NCBI GenBank assembly: GCA_002011125.2
Contig: MTMF02000009.1
Span: 1,734,788 to 1,798,787, forward strand
Source: Candidatus Hydrothermarchaeum profundi
GTDB lineage: Archaea; Hydrothermarchaeota; Hydrothermarchaeia; Hydrothermarchaeales; Hydrothermarchaeaceae
Reading direction: 5' to 3'
Length of the DNA: 64,000 bases
Shown piece by piece: positions 20,422 through 29,424 of this stretch; position 1 is the stretch's first letter, and each line of letters starts with the position of its first letter. Made by a program: the position numbers and the translations under genes. The notes below the pieces were generated by a model. It did not search any database. It was not told the origin of the DNA and was given only the letters and a program-made list of their open reading frames with translations.

Positions 20422-21623
20422 GACTCATGCATCGTAGGCCTAGAATAATTTGACACTCTTAGCTCAGATAGCACTACTCTATTGTCCCATGTCTTTTCTA
20501 AATTGCCTGGCTGATATACACAGTAAGGGTCTTCAGCAAGATAATCACCTGTTAGGGCATATGCCCTGGACCTACTCCCCCTACAGATATCGTTGAATTC
20601 ACATACCCTACATCGCCCCTTAAGCTTCTCAGGGTTTTGCATATCTTTCAAAATCTTGGAACTCCTGTATATTTCAACTAAGTTTCCATATTTTACATTG
20701 CCAATTCCGATAGGTAAGAAGCTGCTAGGGAACACCTCTCCCCTATTTGAAACGAAAATACCCTTCCCATAGCTCTTATCTTTATGCTTAACAGCTTCAT
20801 TCTCTCTAGCATTTGAGGTAGGAAAATAACTTTCCCTCAGCCTTTTTTTCAGGTATCTATAAAGCTTACCATGTTTAATTATCCCTTCATCAACTTCTCC
20901 CTCCTCAATCTTTCTTCTCAGTACTGCTACTCTCCTATAAGGCTCGCTCCCTGCTATCGCGTTTATGGGGATATTCGAGACTTTCATAGCGTCGTATATA
21001 AAGTTGAAAACATCTTCATATTCCTGAGGAGTAAGGGCGTATTCTTCCTTAGCTCTCCCAGTAGGTATCAGCATATATAGATACCATCCAACCGCACCCA
21101 ACTTTTCACTTAAAGACAATATCTCCGGCAATTCCTTAGCATTAAATTTAGACACCGTAGTCATAAGCCGAAATGGTAACTTGATCTCTCGCATATATTT
21201 GACGGCTTTTACCATAATGTTAAAGGTACCCTTTACCCCTCTGAAAGAGTCATGTAACTCTGCGTTAGGGCCGTCGATACTCATCGCCACTACTTCTACA
21301 CCTGAGTCCTTTAACCTCCTTAAGTTTTCCCGGTGCAAGAGAGGGGTCGTACTTGGAGCAATGGTAACTCTGACTCCTAGGTCTCTGGCATATCTAATGA
21401 TCTTAAAAATATCACTACGTAAAAGGGCATTCCCCCCTGTGATCCTCAAAATTGGGTATTCCCTGCCGAATTCCACCATTTGATCTACTAGCCGATATGC
21501 CTCGGTAGTAGTAAGTTCATCCCTATCTGGGTTCTTTTTTGCCGATGCTTTGCAGTGCTTACACGCTAACCCACAGGCTATAGTGGATTCCCACATTATA
21601 GATACAGGATTTAAGATTTTCAT
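20418..21623 (-). CDS. Radical SAM/SPASM protein (NirJ/Ahb-like family)
   Basis: WESTIACGLACKHC, ITGGN, SPASM-like C..C....C.GSRSRA...DPYC. Confidence 0.85.
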   Translation of the reverse strand: MKILNPVSIMWESTIACGLACKHCKASAKKNPDRDELTTTEAYRLVDQMVEFGREYPILRITGGNALLRSDIFKIIRYARDLGVRVTIAPSTTPLLHRENLRRLKDSGVEVVAMSIDGPNAELHDSFRGVKGTFNIMVKAVKYMREIKLPFRLMTTVSKFNAKELPEILSLSEKLGAVGWYLYMLIPTGRAKEEYALTPQEYEDVFNFIYDAMKVSNIPINAIAGSEPYRRVAVLRRKIEEGEVDEGIIKHGKLYRYLKKRLRESYFPTSNARENEAVKHKDKSYGKGIFVSNRGEVFPSSFLPIGIGNVKYGNLVEIYRSSKILKDMQNPEKLKGRCRVCEFNDICRGSRSRAYALTGDYLAEDPYCVYQPGNLEKTWDNRVVLSELRVSNYSRPTMHES

Positions 21624-22126
21624 CTTCCCATACGCTTTTTATTTTCATTTTCTAAAAGGCCTACCATCTCGAGATACTTTTCTTTATCTTTACTCGCAAA
21701 GGCAACTTCCTTATAATCGCTTATGGACACTTCGATTAGCGATTTTATTTAGCCGAAACTCTGCCTTATTTTGCTAAAGCGAAGTCTTCTAATTGCCTTT
21801 TGAAAAGCCTGTTACTCTCTTCTAATTAGAGAGTCTATATCCCCACATTTACTACAATTGACTTGATATATATCCTTTAAGATTACCTATTTGTAGTGCT
21901 ATTTTTTTCTAATCTATATGACGCTCTTTGCTAAGTTTTTTAAGTGGCAGGAATTTTACTTTGTTTAAATCATTCTCCATCGTAATCGCACATATACCTA
22001 GTGAAAAATAAAACCAATCCCAATTATTTTTAGGTAATAACTTTAATTTAATCTCATCTTCCCTTTTTTTCATAGTTAAATATATACATTTACATTTTAA
22101 TATAGTTATTGCAAATACATGTTAAA

Positions 22127-22918
22127 TTAATGCATAGATAGGTCTATTATATCAAAAGTTATACCCTCGTCTTCAAGCTTCTTTAATAACTCAGGTATCT
22201 CATCGTCAGCTCCAACGACTATAGGCGAGATTCCATGATGACTAGCTTCAATTACTGCCTCTTTTGCTCCAAAAAAAGCTTTTGGCCTTTTATTAATATT
22301 TTTTAAGGATATAAGAGCTTCCACTCCAATGGCGCAAGTGAAATTGCTCCTTTTTACTACTTTTTTTAGCTTATCATAGTCTACATTCCTAGACCCCCCC
22401 TCCTCTATCCTGGGTATTCTAAAAATTTTTACTGTACCTTTTTTTAGCTCGATAATTCCTTTTAAAGATTCTACGCCAACATCCTGTCCTTTTTTAGCGG
22501 CATGAATTGTAGTTCCAGTGGCTTTGGAATCCTTATCACCCGCGTAGAGAAGGCCATTTTCCATCCAAAGATTTACCTTTTGATTTTCTATCAAATCTTG
22601 AGCAGCAATAGCTGTGAACACTCTTACATCGCTAACCACATCTTCCAAAACAAATCTGAGATAGCTCTTTATCTCTTGGGCTCCTTTTATTATCTCTTCA
22701 ACCCCTCTCTGAGTAACTCGGTAGTTTAAAGGTCCTTCAGATAACACCATGCCTTCCTTTAACAGCTGCTTGAAATATTCTGATACCGCCTGAGGCGTTA
22801 TATTAAGCTTGTCCGCTATATCTGCCTGTCTAACATTAGGTTGATTGGCAGCGATTTCAACCAAGATTTGAAATTTAGTGTTGATCATGCCTTCCAAATT
22901 CCTACGCTTCCTTGACAT
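22127..22918 (-). CDS. Archaeal wHTH transcriptional regulator (COG1497-like)
   Basis: TKFQILVEIAANQPNVRQADIADKLNITPQAVSEY; start uncertain (22936, 22918 or 22888). Confidence 0.8.
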   Translation of the reverse strand: MSRKRRNLEGMINTKFQILVEIAANQPNVRQADIADKLNITPQAVSEYFKQLLKEGMVLSEGPLNYRVTQRGVEEIIKGAQEIKSYLRFVLEDVVSDVRVFTAIAAQDLIENQKVNLWMENGLLYAGDKDSKATGTTIHAAKKGQDVGVESLKGIIELKKGTVKIFRIPRIEEGGSRNVDYDKLKKVVKRSNFTCAIGVEALISLKNINKRPKAFFGAKEAVIEASHHGISPIVVGADDEIPELLKKLEDEGITFDIIDLSMH

Positions 22919-23127
22919 AAAATTAAATTTATACAAATCAATTTAAATAGATTTTCCAGAGAAAAATATATGTAAAATTACGTATTATATAAGACAAAAA
23001 TACAAAAAGAAGCTAAATTATGCTTTAATAAAGAAATATTGATTATATAGTAAAGTATTATTGAGAAAAAATTTAAATATAACCTGTTTTGTCTCATTCA
23101 TTTTGTGAAAAAATGGAGGTGATTGGA

Positions 23128-23244
23128 TTGAAAACGCAGGAAAGAAATGTTATATCAATTCGACTTGACTGTGCAACTTCAGCCAACGGTCTATCCCACT
23201 ATATAATCTATGGAGACCTTCCAAAAGGTAAAGCTCCACTATAA
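23128..23244 (+). CDS. cbpA: RiPP precursor peptide, CbpA-like (38 aa)
   Basis: MKTQERNVISIRLDCATSANGLSHYIIYGDLPKGKAPL; SD GGAGGTGA before the TTG; 'VI..R..C.....GLSHYI' motif; ends 23 nt before the rSAM gene; not in the ORF track. Confidence 0.85.
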   Translation: MKTQERNVISIRLDCATSANGLSHYIIYGDLPKGKAPL

Positions 23245-23267
23245 ATTAACTGAGGTCGGGGAAGATT

Positions 23268-24629
23268 ATGCACTATAATACAGGGAGTAATCCACGAGTA
23301 ACCTTCTGTGATATAGATTCCAATTGGAACCTAGCAATAGACCCAGATACAATGTTCTGGGCCTTAATTTCAAAAAACAAAGATCTAGACGTAGTTCTCA
23401 GTGACGAAGTATTTCCTATGTACGAGAAATACCGAGAAGAACTCGCTAATGAAATGAATAAGTTCAGATTCGAAACCAACCTAAGTGCGGTATATGTTAA
23501 CCCAACCGACAGATGCAATGCAAACTGCACTTACTGCTACCTCCCTAAGAACCATAAGGAAAGAGGCCTTCAGATGAATGGCGAGCAACTTCGAGAAACT
23601 ATGACCAGAATTGAAGAACATTTCAATGAGAACAGGCTTAATGGGAGAAAACCAGTAATAGTATTTCACGGAAGCGAACCATTATTAGTTAAGGACCTCC
23701 TAGAGCAGACGATAGAAGAATTTCGAGATACATTCCACTTCGGCATCCAGAGCAATGCATTAGAGCTGGAGGAAGACGACACAGAATTCATCAGGAGATA
23801 CGGAATAAACATTGGAATATCCCTTGATTCTCATATCCAAGAGATAAACGACTCAGTTCGCAGAGTGGCAGGAAATAGCGGAACCTATGAGAAAGCGGTG
23901 AAAGCAATAGACATGCTAGAAGGGTATGAAGGTCTGAATGTCGTTACAACTATCACAAATCGTAACGTAAAACATCTCCCCGGCCTAGTCGAGTTTCTTT
24001 ATAATAAAAAGGTACCAGCTATACTTATGAATCCTGTCAGGGGCACTCAGAAGTCCGCAAGACAGCTTCGCCCAGAATCAAAAGATTTAACAAAATATTT
24101 CATCGCTGCAGTAGAAAAGGCATGCGAGCTGTCAAAGAAGGATGGGAGGCAGATAATTATAGGAGACTTCGCTAATATCCTATTAGGAATAGTAGCGCCC
24201 CTCGGCAGAAGATTGATGTGTGATATCACGCCCTGTGGAGGGGGGCGATGTTTCTTTGCAATAACCGCTGATGGACGTATGTTCCCTTGTGGAGAGTTTA
24301 TAGATATGACGGAGTTCTACGCAGGAAATATCTTCAAAACCCCTATATCAGAGGCAATGGAATCAAAAGCTTTTAAGAATGTGAGGTCAAGAATCGTAGA
24401 GAAGATAGAATACTGCAGTACCTGCGCTTTTAGGAATATATGTGGCGCTCCATGTCCCGCAGAAGTTTACTCCGAGAAGGGAGATCTAAATCAGAGATCT
24501 CCTTACTGTGAATTCTATGAAGAACTCATTAGGTATGCGTTTAAAGTGATAGCCGAGGATAAGCTAAAGTATCACTTGAGAGAAGAAGCGCTGAATAGCC
24601 TAGAATACAAATATAGTCTCATAGCATAA
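23268..24629 (+). CDS. cbpB: Peptide-modifying radical SAM/SPASM maturase, CbpB-like
   Basis: PDTMFWAL N-terminus, SAVYVNPTDRCNANCTYC, FHGSEP, RRLMCDITPCGGGRCFF, FPCGEF, C..C..RNICGAPCPAE. Confidence 0.85.
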   Translation: MHYNTGSNPRVTFCDIDSNWNLAIDPDTMFWALISKNKDLDVVLSDEVFPMYEKYREELANEMNKFRFETNLSAVYVNPTDRCNANCTYCYLPKNHKERGLQMNGEQLRETMTRIEEHFNENRLNGRKPVIVFHGSEPLLVKDLLEQTIEEFRDTFHFGIQSNALELEEDDTEFIRRYGINIGISLDSHIQEINDSVRRVAGNSGTYEKAVKAIDMLEGYEGLNVVTTITNRNVKHLPGLVEFLYNKKVPAILMNPVRGTQKSARQLRPESKDLTKYFIAAVEKACELSKKDGRQIIIGDFANILLGIVAPLGRRLMCDITPCGGGRCFFAITADGRMFPCGEFIDMTEFYAGNIFKTPISEAMESKAFKNVRSRIVEKIEYCSTCAFRNICGAPCPAEVYSEKGDLNQRSPYCEFYEELIRYAFKVIAEDKLKYHLREEALNSLEYKYSLIA

Positions 24630-24727
24630 TACCTGTTTGCTAATCTCTGCACTCCTCAGGGAAAACGAAATATTTATATAACAGCACCCAGGCTAATCAA
24701 CACTATCTAGCGGATGAGGTGATATGC

Positions 24728-25066
24728 TTGGCAAAATATCTTAAAGTAGGCGGCAAGAAACTTGAACTCGACGAAGACGGTTTCTTAGTGGACTGGGAAC
24801 AGTGGGATGAAGAGGTTGCAAAGGCTTTCGCTAAGCAAGATGGAATTGAGTTGACTGACGAGCACTGGGAAATTATCCATTTCCTTAGAAAGTACTATCT
24901 AGAGTATAAGATAGCGCCTCCAATTAGAATGCTTGTAAAGGAGGTCAAAAAAGCACTAGGCCCCGAGAAAGGTAATCTAAAATATGTTTATAAGCTTTTC
25001 CCTGGCGGCCCTGCAAAGATGGCTTGCAAATATGCTGGACTACCAAAGCCAACTGGCTGCGTATAA
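24728..25066 (+). CDS. dsrC: DsrC/TusE sulfur carrier with both C-terminal cysteines
   Basis: DEDGFL, LTDEHW, LFPGGP, C-terminal C-X10-C (ACKYAGLPKPTGCV); TTG start after GAGGTGA. Confidence 0.92.
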   Translation: MAKYLKVGGKKLELDEDGFLVDWEQWDEEVAKAFAKQDGIELTDEHWEIIHFLRKYYLEYKIAPPIRMLVKEVKKALGPEKGNLKYVYKLFPGGPAKMACKYAGLPKPTGCV

Positions 25067-25192
25067 AGAATAATATAACTACTTTTTTTTATCTATTTAG
25101 AAATCTATCAAATTAAGCCTAAAAAAATAATTGATTAGGCATATTTTTTATAAGAAAATTATTTATTATCTTTCAATTAGCTTATTTATTAA

Positions 25193-25645
25193 ATGAAAGT
25201 TAAAAAAATTTTGTTGCCATTAGAATCCTCTTTAAAAGCTTCACCAATAGGCCCTGCCTTCGAAATTGCTAAAAAAGGTAATACCGAAATTATAGCTCTC
25301 GATATAGTGCCAATAAATTCCTCGGCCGGCTGGAATTATAAAGAAATTTTAAAACGTATGAAAAATAAAAAGTCAGAGCCCTTGTTAAATGAGCTTGAAG
25401 AATGGGGAAAAAGGATAGGTGTAAAAGTAAAGAAGGTTATAGAGTCCGGGTCACCAACTAAAAAGATAATTGAAGTAGCTAAAAGAGAAAAAGTAGATCT
25501 TATCATAATAGGCGAAACGAAGGGATTCCTTGGAGTAAATCCACATATGTATTTAATAATTAAAAAAGCCTGCTGCCCAGTATTAGTAATTGGAGAAAAC
25601 AGCCGCAGAGTACCATGCAAAGCATGGAATATTGAATTCCCATAG
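25193..25645 (+). CDS. Universal stress protein (UspA family)
   Basis: KKILLP, GSP.KKIIEVA...VDLIIIG, A.CPVLVI. Confidence 0.85.
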   Translation: MKVKKILLPLESSLKASPIGPAFEIAKKGNTEIIALDIVPINSSAGWNYKEILKRMKNKKSEPLLNELEEWGKRIGVKVKKVIESGSPTKKIIEVAKREKVDLIIIGETKGFLGVNPHMYLIIKKACCPVLVIGENSRRVPCKAWNIEFP

Positions 25646-25701
25646 ATTAAATGCGGCTACTGCATCTACCTCTGAGAATGCAGCGGTAGACTTTCATAGT
25701 T

Positions 25702-26067
25702 TTAAAATTCAGTATCCGCTGAATTAGACTTTGCTTTAACTCTCTCTACTACCCTTAAAGCTCTATCTACGCAATTCTTTATTACCTTAGCGGGAGCAGG
25801 TCCTGGTACGCCTCTAACAGGTATACCCTTATAGAATATGATAATAGTAGGAGGCACATATACCCTCTTTTGTAGAACAAGTTCCCTCTCAGAATCATAA
25901 TCTACATAGACAGATTTTATTCTCCCTTCATATTCTGAGGAAACCTCCTTTAACAACTCCGCAACCTCAACGCAAGAAGGGCTCCAATCTGCCTTAAAAA
26001 AGACAAGTACAGGTATCTCAGATTCGGTTACCTCTTTATCCCAGTTTTCAAAATCAACTTTCCTCAT
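25702..26067 (-). CDS. Thioredoxin-like protein with monothiol WSPSC site
   Basis: MRKVDFENWDKEV..SEIPVLVFFKADWSPSC, V..PPT; last gene of the dsrMK run. Confidence 0.8.
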   Translation of the reverse strand: MRKVDFENWDKEVTESEIPVLVFFKADWSPSCVEVAELLKEVSSEYEGRIKSVYVDYDSERELVLQKRVYVPPTIIIFYKGIPVRGVPGPAPAKVIKNCVDRALRVVERVKAKSNSADTEF

Positions 26068-26074
26068 AGTAGTC

Positions 26075-26392
26075 TCAAAACACTGGCTGCTGTTTAGCTC
26101 CAACATAGGCATGACACTTATTACAGTAATCAGCTACCTCATGGCAATTTGCACATATTTCGATATCTACTTTCTTTGTTTCAGGCTCGAATAATTCAGT
26201 CACCTTAGATGCAGTTTTTACGGTTCCTGTTGTAATACTCCCATGATTTGCCCTATACCAATCTAGCCCTCGCTCAGTATGGTACTTAGGGGGATTAACA
26301 TCCTCAGGCTTAGGCGGTTTCTCTATTATCCCCACACAGCCGCTGACAAGAAAGAAACAGATTATCATAATCAATAGCCTCATCTTCTCCAC
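26075..26392 (-). CDS. Small membrane-anchored/lipoprotein c-type cytochrome, DsrJ-like, two CxxCH motifs
   Basis: Signal with LVSGC lipobox, WYRANH, CANCH and CNKCHAYVG; directly after dsrK. Confidence 0.7.
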   Translation of the reverse strand: MEKMRLLIMIICFFLVSGCVGIIEKPPKPEDVNPPKYHTERGLDWYRANHGSITTGTVKTASKVTELFEPETKKVDIEICANCHEVADYCNKCHAYVGAKQQPVF

Positions 26393-26393
26393 C

Positions 26394-27809
26394 TCACTTC
26401 ATCACAATCGCCTTCCCAACCAAGTCATGGACCCCGCCTACTTGGACTTCAAGCTTATAGTGCGACATAACTAAGGGAAGCTGGGCTTTATCTATAGCGC
26501 ATGGTGCAGCTAGATAGTTAGCTCCTGTGCTCCTCACTGCTTCAGCTCTGGGCATACCTCCCTTCATCCTGAGCTCCATTATCTCTTCAGTAAGAAGACC
26601 TCCACCGCCGCCGCAACAGAAAGTTTTCTCCTTAATTGTATTATCTGGCATCTCTCTAAAATCATTAACACAGCTTTTTATTATGTACCTCGGTTCTGAG
26701 ATCAGATTTCCTGCCCTTGCCATATTACATGGATCATGCAAAGTTACGATAACATCATCATTCTGACTTTTATCAAGCTTTATCTTGCCTTTTCTAATCT
26801 TATCAGCAGTGTATTCCAGTATGTTACAATATTTAAAGGGCAAAGGTCCATTCATTTTCTCCATAAACTGCCTCGCTGCTCTCCAGGCATGCCCACACTC
26901 TCCGATTATAACCAGCTTTGCGTCTATCTCCTTTGCCTTGTCAACTATTCTCTTATTTATCCACTCGATGTCGATATAAGATTGAAAAAGACCGAAGTTT
27001 GCTGCCTCACTAGCATATGTGCTCATTGTCCAATCTACCCCCAATGCGTTCATTACTTTCGCCACCCCTATCATAGTATCAGTATTCGTAAAAAGGTCGG
27101 CAGAGGGAGGAACGTATAGGATATCCGCCTTCTCTTTATCCACTGGGATCTCGATATCTATATCTTCCATCTCCTTGACATCTTCTATCAAGAATTCACA
27201 GGTGCTTTTAAATGCTTTATCTGGAATGCCAAGGTTATTGCCAATATCATACACTTTCGCTATGACCTCTGTGATATACTTGGTCGCAAGCCCTAGGTTA
27301 GCTAGTATCTCTCTACCCGCCATAGTTATTTCTGCCTGATCTATACCATAGGGACAAAAAACAGAACAACGCCTGCATTCACTACACTGATAAAAATATT
27401 TGTACCATTCATTTTCGATTATATCATTTGTGAGATCCGACGCTCCCACCAAAGAGCCAAATATCCTGCCGCTGATAGTAAAATATCTCTTGTATACTTT
27501 TCTTAGGAGCTCAGCTCTACCTACGGGCGTATTCTTGGGATCCCCGGTGCCGAGATAATAATGGCATTGCTTAATGCATGCCCCACATCTGACACAAATA
27601 TCTAAATAAAGTTGCAGTGATTTCCGGGTTTTCCTAAGTTCATCAAGCTTCCTTATAGCTACTTCAGGCCTGTGCTCAGGAGGCAACTCGGGGTAGGGTA
27701 TTTTTACTTTGAGCCACTTTATATCCTTCTCCTTTGCTCTGTGCATAATGTAGTTTTCCGCTGCTGCTGGTTGAAATTTTACGTCGTAAATGTTTTTCAT
27801 TTCAGCCAT
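26394..27809 (-). CDS. dsrK: DsrK Fe-S oxidoreductase (HdrD-like)
   Basis: CVRCGACIKQC, GDPKNTPVGRAELLRKVYKRYFT, CSECRRCSVFCPYGID, GECGHAWR, HDPCN, FCCGGGG. Confidence 0.93.
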   Translation of the reverse strand: MAEMKNIYDVKFQPAAAENYIMHRAKEKDIKWLKVKIPYPELPPEHRPEVAIRKLDELRKTRKSLQLYLDICVRCGACIKQCHYYLGTGDPKNTPVGRAELLRKVYKRYFTISGRIFGSLVGASDLTNDIIENEWYKYFYQCSECRRCSVFCPYGIDQAEITMAGREILANLGLATKYITEVIAKVYDIGNNLGIPDKAFKSTCEFLIEDVKEMEDIDIEIPVDKEKADILYVPPSADLFTNTDTMIGVAKVMNALGVDWTMSTYASEAANFGLFQSYIDIEWINKRIVDKAKEIDAKLVIIGECGHAWRAARQFMEKMNGPLPFKYCNILEYTADKIRKGKIKLDKSQNDDVIVTLHDPCNMARAGNLISEPRYIIKSCVNDFREMPDNTIKEKTFCCGGGGGLLTEEIMELRMKGGMPRAEAVRSTGANYLAAPCAIDKAQLPLVMSHYKLEVQVGGVHDLVGKAIVMK

Positions 27810-27815
27810 GAGTTC

Positions 27816-28541
27816 TCACTCCTCTACCTCAATACTATGGGAGCCCTTCTCGAAGTAGTGAATCCTAGTAGGGCTGAAGAACACGCCTCCAAGATGCATT
27901 ATCTTGCTGAAGGGTAAAATCATGAGAAGCAACTGCACTAAAAAGAAGTGAGTGAGAAACCAGAAACTATCAGGTATAACGGAAGGATTCGGCTGCAAGG
28001 TTATTAGTCCCATTATCATTGTCTTCACATCAAATACGTAGACTCTGGAAAAAAACTTTAGAATTAGCCCAGTGCTTGCTATGGAAATCAGGAGTAGGAG
28101 GGCAAAGTAATCTGCGAAGTTAGATATGAATCTGAGATCAGCAAAAACTAGACGCCGTAATAATAGGTATAAGAGAGGAACTAGGATTAGTAGGCCAGCG
28201 TATATCCCCACTGTTTGAAAAGCCATGACCCATGATGGAACAGGATACAAAAAATATCTTAAATGTCGCAATAGGATTAGTAAGAAGCATATATGGAATA
28301 TCCATGACCCCGCCCACAGAATATAATTGCCAGGAAACCTCAAAAGGCTTCTAAACAATGCAACATCTAATAAAACTCTCGCTATGGATTTTCCAGGCGA
28401 ATCCTGCCCAGGGAAAACAGGGATCTTTACCGGGGAGCGTATCGTCGCCCATGCGGCAAGCCTGTAAATAAATCCTACTGTGAATATGGTAATAGTGATA
28501 TAAGGAAGATAAACCCCAATAAAACTAGCAATAACACCCAT
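27816..28541 (-). CDS. dsrM: DsrM membrane cytochrome b (NarI family)
   Basis: DVALFRSL; heme histidines in WIFH, LRHLRY, LTH and PFSKIMH; FFSPTR. Confidence 0.92.
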   Translation of the reverse strand: MGVIASFIGVYLPYITITIFTVGFIYRLAAWATIRSPVKIPVFPGQDSPGKSIARVLLDVALFRSLLRFPGNYILWAGSWIFHICFLLILLRHLRYFLYPVPSWVMAFQTVGIYAGLLILVPLLYLLLRRLVFADLRFISNFADYFALLLLISIASTGLILKFFSRVYVFDVKTMIMGLITLQPNPSVIPDSFWFLTHFFLVQLLLMILPFSKIMHLGGVFFSPTRIHYFEKGSHSIEVEE

Positions 28542-28620
28542 TAAATCACCTCCTCAGTTCCCATATATGGTTATGAATATAAAATATTTTCATTTACAAG
28601 TTGGTGTGGGGCTTTGTGCA

Positions 28621-28794
28621 CTACCACCAGCAGATGACTTTTTCGTAGTCGAAGATCTTATCGATAAGAGCATCGTAATCAGGAACGCCCTCATATAGCT
28701 TGAATACTTCCACTTCATTTCCCTGTGAATGCACATGTATAATCTTCTTCACAGTTTCATCGGCAGGTGATTTCAGGATTTCTAATACCTTCAT
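28621..28794 (-). CDS. DsrH/TusB-like small protein (57 aa)
   Basis: Hand translation MKVLEILKSPADETVKKIIHVHSQGNEVEVFKLYEGVPDYDALIDKIFDYEKVICWW; SD GAGGTGA; C-terminal 'DY..L...IF....V..W'; not in the ORF track. Confidence 0.75.
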   Translation of the reverse strand: MKVLEILKSPADETVKKIIHVHSQGNEVEVFKLYEGVPDYDALIDKIFDYEKVICWW

Positions 28795-28803
28795 TTCTTC
28801 ACC

Positions 28804-29094
28804 TCAAAAAGGTACGATAAAATCGTTTTCAAGCATTTTCTTAGCCATGTCCTCTAGCGAGATTATCTCCGTAAACTCGTCAGCGTTCTTCTCATTGTTG
28901 GAGTAAACCTTTCCATCAGAATCAACTATCCACTCTAAATTCTCCAAGATATACGGATTCTTTTTTAGCTCCACATTTATGATAAAGAGGTTCACTGTAT
29001 GCCCTTCCAAGAGTAATCCAAGCGCAGACCTAGTGAATTCGCTCTGCCTATATCTGTCAGAGTCCCTTAAAATAAATGCTATTTTTCTCTCCAT
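28804..29094 (-). CDS. DsrF/TusC-like protein
   Basis: KIAFILR, EFTRSALGL, C-terminal 'ISLEDMAKKMLENDFIVPF'; lies between the DsrE-like and DsrH-like genes. Confidence 0.65.
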   Translation of the reverse strand: MERKIAFILRDSDRYRQSEFTRSALGLLLEGHTVNLFIINVELKKNPYILENLEWIVDSDGKVYSNNEKNADEFTEIISLEDMAKKMLENDFIVPF

Positions 29095-29095
29095 C

Positions 29096-29407
29096 TTAAA
29101 ACACCACGTATCTATCTACTTCCGCGGCTATTTCCGCGTTATTATCCTGATTACCATGGACTACACCATCAATAGTGGGCTTATAGGTGTTATGCAAGTC
29201 AAAGCCTTGATAGGTTTTATTGCATAGGCTTATCTCAGCGCCGGATTTGAGCAACTCCTCAAACTCAGGATCCTGAGTAAGAAATACAGAATTTGCGGTG
29301 AAAAAAATCTTCACTTCTTTACCTTTAGCCACCGCTGCCTTAGTTAACCCAATAACATGATTCAGATGTTTATCTGAACTCACAAGTATCCCAAGCTTTT
29401 CTCCTAT
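29096..29407 (-). CDS. DsrE-family sulfurtransferase
   Basis: KLGILVSS, AA..KGKEV.IFFT, ISLC (active cysteine), DRYVVF; apparent ATA start at 29407 behind GGAGGTG. Confidence 0.8.
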   Translation of the reverse strand: MGEKLGILVSSDKHLNHVIGLTKAAVAKGKEVKIFFTANSVFLTQDPEFEELLKSGAEISLCNKTYQGFDLHNTYKPTIDGVVHGNQDNNAEIAAEVDRYVVF

Positions 29408-29424
29408 CTAGACCACCTCCTATT

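Noticed and set aside
21624-21980. Minus-strand fragments containing CSKCG upstream of the radical SAM gene
   Set aside because: Multiple in-frame stops and no identifiable family; possibly a decayed gene but not supportable
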